A model generated the notes under the pieces. That model did not search any database. It was not told the origin of the DNA and worked only from the letters and a program-made list of their open reading frames with translations. The position numbers and the translations under genes are program-made. A stretch of 53,542 bases of DNA from Octopus bimaculoides (Eukaryota): contig NC_068991.1 of the NCBI RefSeq assembly GCF_001194135.2, positions 25,676,117 through 25,729,658 on the forward strand, given 5' to 3'. Each line of letters starts with the position of its first letter. Position 1 is the stretch's first letter. Shown piece after piece: positions 48,217 through 53,542 of the stretch.

Positions 48217-48612
48217 GTAATTCCCTCGGAGTGAATATGTATATATAACATATTGTCACGTTAACAAAGGGGTGTAGGTTCGACTCCCGCGCGGATAGGA
48301 AAGCCTTCTTTTTTCTGTCGAGGGCTTATATGCCCCTTTATTAGACTATTTACAGGATTGTAAATCACGGCACCGTAATAAAAAAAAAACCATTCGCACC
48401 GAAATCATATAGCAAGTTTGTTTACATAAAAACAAATACGAACTAACATATAGTTCTTAAATTTCAAGAGAAGCACGAAGCTGATTCGCTGGTGTAAAGG
48501 TAACACGCTTGATCGTGATAACAAAGGAATGTGCGTTCAACTCCTACGCTTATAGGAAAGTCTTTGTTTTTTTCTCTGTCGAGGGCTTATATACCCCTTT
48601 CTTAGACTATTT
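48217..48612 (+). mobile_element. Two tandem tRNA-like/SINE units, family E, period about 257 bp
   Basis: B-box GGTTCGACTCC (48277) and CGTTCAACTCC (48534); A-box-like TGGTGTAAAGG in unit 2; shared 3' part ATAGGAAAG..T-run..CTGTCGAGGGCTTATAT(G/A)CCCCTTT(T)(A/C)TTAGACTATTT. Confidence 0.7.
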
Positions 48613-49137
48613 TCCTTAGTCATTGCACGGTGATCGTCATAAGCTTTAAGCTTANNNNNNNNNNNNNNNNNNNNNNNNNNNNNNNNNNNNNNNNNNNNNN
48701 NNNNNNNNNNNNNNNNNNNNNNNNNNNNNNNNNNNNNNNNNNNNNNNNNNNNNNNNNNNNNNNNNNNNNNNNNNNNNNNNNNNNNNNNNNNNNNNNNNNN
48801 NNNNNNNNNNNNNNNNNNNNNNNNNNNNNNNNNNNNNNNNNNNNNNNNNNNNNNNNNNNNNNNNNNNNNNNNNNNNNNNNNNNNNNNNNNNNNNNNNNNN
48901 NNNNNNNNNNTCTTCCAAGTAAGTTTTATCTTAATAAATCTGATGCGCACTCTATACGATCTTTTTACTCTTTCGTTTTTCTTTCCTTTTCTCTCTCTTA
49001 TTCTTTTACCTCCTCTTCTCCCACTATTCTATCCTATTACTCTCTCCCTCACGTGGCTCTCACGTGACCATCGGCCATCTTTCTTTCTTTCTCTCCGTTG
49101 TGGCTGGAACAAGGAAGACGTGTTCTTGTTTGTCTCC

Positions 49138-49184
<47 letters not shown>

Positions 49185-49499
49185 ACGCGCGTATGTGTGA
49201 ATATATATATCCCTGCATTGGATGATATCCAAATGCATTTAGCACATTCAGTGCAGGCTTCCACGCAACCATGATGGTGAAACGTACGTAGGAACTAATG
49301 ATATACACTTGTGCATAATTTCTTTTATATTTGCTCTCTATCTCATAACTTGTAATACTACTGAGTATAGTATTTGCTTAACCATTGTACTGAAAAAAAA
49401 CTGGATTACGATAATATACGCAGTACTCTAAATTGAAAAGTAGTAGCCGTACATCTATTTCTACGCAGAAGATACTGTACGGGCACGCACGAGTGTGAG

Positions 49500-49665
49500 T
49501 GTGCGCGCGCGATGTGCGTCTGTAAGTGTACGCAAACGGTGTTGGCTTGATTACCTCTCCATAAAAAAGCGGTTAGTCAAATGTCGAATTGTTCTACTAA
49601 ATGATTCAACTATGCGACCCAGCATGGCCACAATCCGATGACTGACGATATAAAAGGTAAAAGAT
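49500..49665 (+). mobile_element. SINE-A 3' relic
   Basis: CGGTGTTGGCTTGATTACC...AGCGGTTAG...CCAGCATGGCCACAATCCGATGACTGA. Confidence 0.55.
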
Positions 49666-50894
49666 CCGCCAATGAGTGCGCTTGATTAACGACGAGAGCG
49701 TAAATTGTTTTGATTGGAGGGTAAGTTTTGTGTGTATGTGTGCATGTGTGAGAGAGATAGATAGCTAGGTAGCGAGGGAGCGAAAGAGAGAAAGAGAGTT
49801 AGAGAGAGAGGTGCTTGCCTCTATCTTCTGTAAATCATACCTACCTAACTTCATACATACATGCATACATACATACATACATACATACATGCATACATAC
49901 ATACATACATACATACATACATGCATACATACATACATACTTACATACATACGTATATGCATACATACGTGCATACATACAGGTATATATACANNNNNNN
50001 NNNNNNNNNNNNNNNNNNNNNNNNNNNNNNNNNNNNNNNNNNNNNNNNNNNNNNNNNNNNNNNNNNNNNNNNNNNNNNNNNNNNNNNNNNNNNNNNNNNN
50101 NNNNNNNNNNNNNNNNNNNNNNNNNNNNNNNNNNNNNNNNNNNNNNATAGTTTTTATGGTTCTGGTTTTCTTTCTGTATTTTTCCCGCCCTATATTTAAC
50201 CTTACTGAGAAAACGTATGATTGAAAACATTAATAGATTTGACCACAATTTCTTGTCGCTGTGACAGTCTGGCGGTAGAATGACATTTTAGAAACTCTTG
50301 GTTGGAATGTGTTGGAGGTCACGCGACATCGTTGTCATTTCAAAACAAAAATCCTTACATCAGTTCTTCACCCCTTTACATTGCAGCGATTTACATATGA
50401 CCTATTTTGCATTGTAAAACAGGATACATAAGCACTTACAGGAGTCCTGATTTATTCAGTCACAATGTAATCTTTTCGATGGGTCTTCTCGTTTCGCAAG
50501 TCGGATCGATGATATTTTAGATATGATTGCACTTTTTCGGGTTCGTATGCAAGATCTCGATATGATATTTTCACGATATTTTTCTCTTTTATGGAATTGG
50601 TACTGGTGATATATATATATATATAGAATACCACCTTAGTATACACACGCACTGGTACTAGCACACACACAAACATATGTACATATGTTTGTGCGTGTGT
50701 GTGTATGCGTGTGTGTGTGCATGCGTGTGTATGTGTGTGTATATGTATAATCATATATACACATATACATATATTTATATATCTGCACATATCTAGACAT
50801 GCATACAATCACTTACATTAATATATAACTTATTTACAAATGTACACACACACACTATATACATGTGTGTGTGTGTATATATAATATATATATA

Positions 50895-50941
<47 letters not shown>

Positions 50942-50974
50942 GTAAATCTATCTACTTATCTATATATATGTAGA

Positions 50975-51032
<58 letters not shown>

Positions 51033-51351
51033 TGAAAAGGCAGACAGCTATAAATCTATATTGTTTTTGGTTGCTTTCTTCTGTAAAGAAAGCGTTGGAG
51101 CACCTGTTTTAAGACTGACACATAACGTAAGCGCTAGACAGTTACAGAGCAGTGACAAACGACTGACTTTTCAGAGGAGGAAGAACTGGGAGTTAATTCG
51201 TTAGTGTCAGATCTGGGGGTAGGATGGAGGTGAAGCAATATCGGTGGCGATGGGAAAAGAAGAGACGAAGGAGTTAGCAGGGCTTATGGTAAGGTGAAAA
51301 TGAACCAGTCAGCCTCTTCCAAAGAATGGGTGCCATTGTCGTATTGATAGA

Positions 51352-51500
51352 ACAACATGGTTCCAGGTTCAGTCCCACGGCGTGGCATCTTAGGCAGGTG
51401 TCTTCTACTATAGTCTCGGTCTGGCAGACGTCTACTGAAAGATGCCCGTCGTACACACACACACACACACACACATATATATGTACATATCTATGTCTGT
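51352..51500 (+). mobile_element. SINE-A 5' half
   Basis: CATGGTTCCAGGTTCAGTCCCACGGCGTGGCATCTTAGGCAGGTGTCTTCTACTATAGTCTCGG...CTGAAAGATGCCCGTCG. Confidence 0.8.
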
Positions 51501-52409
51501 GTGTCTTTGTTGTTCATGCGTATTGATATTGCTTGCTTATGTGCTTTTGTGTAATGTCACCTTATAATTTTTACAACTAAACGAATAAAATGCAAAGCAA
51601 TGGCGACCATTAGCTGCGTGCAATGAAACGGCTGTAAAGTTGAGACTGTAACACATAAAATTGTGTAACAATACAGGCAGAAGTATTCCATACACCTATG
51701 AATGCTTGTGTATCTTGCTTTATTGGTATTCATTGAAACGTTTTCTGCTATATAAATCACATGCTCTTTGAACTGTCAGTAAGAAGATAGATTGTAATAT
51801 TTGGAATTCTCCGAACACTAACCTGGTACCTAGCTATTCTTGCACATGCATCCCATCCTCACATCCATCATACTTCTATGTACACACACACAGACACACA
51901 CACACACGAACACGCACACACACATATCAATATATACATGCATACATACATACACACACACATATACATATATATATGTGTGTAGAGAGAAAGAGAGTGT
52001 GTGTGTTACAGGAATCATTAAAAAGACTGGTAAGGTACCATAACACTCAGTTCACAGTGAGGTAAAAATTAACCAAAATTTATCATGTGTTGGTAGTGAA
52101 CTACAGGTATGCATATACATAGGTACCAACTACCAAATACAAAAGACAAACCATAGATTCGACTAGGGATGATTCCAGGTGTGGCGTAGGTATATAAAAA
52201 ACATAGATTCGGTTTAAAATTTACCAAATTTTCCTCTTGTTAGAACGAGCAATTCTGCAGGTTTCGTCAAGGGGTGGGATATAGATATATATGCCACAGA
52301 AAGCTGGAACCGCCATTATGAGTCTACATGATTCAGGAAGGAACATTACCCGTGTATAGATATGTATATATGTATGTGTGTGTGTGTGTGTACATACCTA
52401 CAGAGAGGG

Positions 52410-52527
<118 letters not shown>

Positions 52528-52748
52528 AGAAACTAATAAATATATGCAATGTAAGTTAGTAACTTGAATATACGACCACGTCTTATTAGCAAACATATAG
52601 GTAACCTCAACATCACAACACCGTAGTGAAACTATGATTTTCGCAAGTCACAACATGGCTGTGTAACAAAGATCCACAAGACTGGTTTCATAATTATTCT
52701 ACTGTTTTGCGCGGCCAATTATTATAAGTAAAGTCTAGAGTCTAGAAT

Positions 52749-53037
52749 CATTAGTTCCGAAACTTTTTGAGGTTGTCGCCTCTTTGGCACCCACATCCCT
52801 AGTGCCTACCACCTCCCGCTCAAAATCTCCACCACAAACACAGACCACTTTCTGCAACAAATTCAAAACAACTGTATTTCATAAATAAGACTTAACCTAA
52901 TTAAGCCATCGTTATTATAGTTTTTACATCAATCGCCCCATTTTGGCCGCCACATTATCGTCCCACTTTTCTTCAACGACCCACTAAATCTTTCCATCAC
53001 CCCAGTAGGGAAGTACCGCCCAGTTTCGGAATCGCTG
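52749..53037. mobile_element. hAT (Charlie-like) MITE
   Basis: Termini CATTAGTTCCGAAAC / GTTTCGGAATCGCTG (11/15 inverted match) with TCTAGA-containing flanks on both sides, the usual Charlie-type target. Confidence 0.65.
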
Positions 53038-53111
53038 ATCTAGATCAACAGTTCCGAAAAGTTGGAAGGTCATTACAGAGCCCATATGCACATACGGGTG
53101 TTTTCACTAAA

Positions 53112-53245
53112 TCTGTGGCATCCCCTCTTGGATTGGACGCCAGTCACAAGATTACTCAGTTTTGCCAGGAGAGAGACAGAAGCAACATGAAATGAAGTGC
53201 ATTTTTTTGCTCAACAACACAATGCATCGCCCGGTCAAAGATGCG
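53112..53245 (-). mobile_element. SINE-C relic
   Basis: GATTACTCAGTTTTGCCAG...CAACATGAAATGAAGTGC..TTTTGCTCAACAACACAATGCATCGCCCGGTC parallels 37780-37860. Confidence 0.7.
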
Positions 53246-53510
53246 CAACTGCATCGCCCTAAATACTAAGCCAGGTACTTCTACAGACAAACAGATAGAA
53301 CAACACATTAGTCTGTATTTAATTGTTATGTGTGTGTGCGTGCGTGTGTGTGTATATGCATGTATGTAGGTATACAAAATAGCCATCTGTATATGAAACC
53401 TAACACATATTTACTAATGAAAGACATGATGGCGGATTTTGCTTAGACTGTACTGTTTCAAATTTCAACACTGAATATGTGAATGTATGTGCATGTGTGT
53501 ATACGCGTGC

Positions 53511-53542
<32 letters not shown>

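Noticed and set aside
50452-50610. Protein-like minus-strand stretch NSIKEKNIVKISYRDLAYEPEKV
   Set aside because: No acceptor, no recognisable motif, and the frame stops before the nearby GTAAGT donor.

Overview
Eukaryotic, AT-rich, repeat-saturated DNA from a gapped draft assembly: 16 N-gaps totalling about 5.25 kb, most abutting (TA)n runs. The SINE families and microsatellite density suggest an octopus genome (inference from pattern recognition, not from a search). No complete host protein-coding gene is recognisable; nearly all long ORFs are translated microsatellites or gaps. Supported content: Tx1/L1-like LINE pieces (ORF1 zinc-knuckle relic, APE endonuclease, internally deleted RT), two R4/Dong-like 3' ends in (TAA)n, a CR1/L2-group LINE 3' fragment, three TIR-bounded Tc1/mariner relics (two of DD37D/maT type, tail-to-tail), mariner, pogo and hAT MITE-like elements, a probable solo LTR, and more than 30 tRNA-derived SINE copies from about five families. 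Most notable observations: three unrelated long hairpins (71, 110 and 81 bp arms) within 900 bp at 40.4-41.3 kb; two pre-miRNA-sized hairpins (39345-39404, 33479-33531); three degenerate hammerhead-like cores; and a CCAAT plus RFX X-box module with a possible first coding exon about 2 kb downstream. All functional readings are hypotheses.
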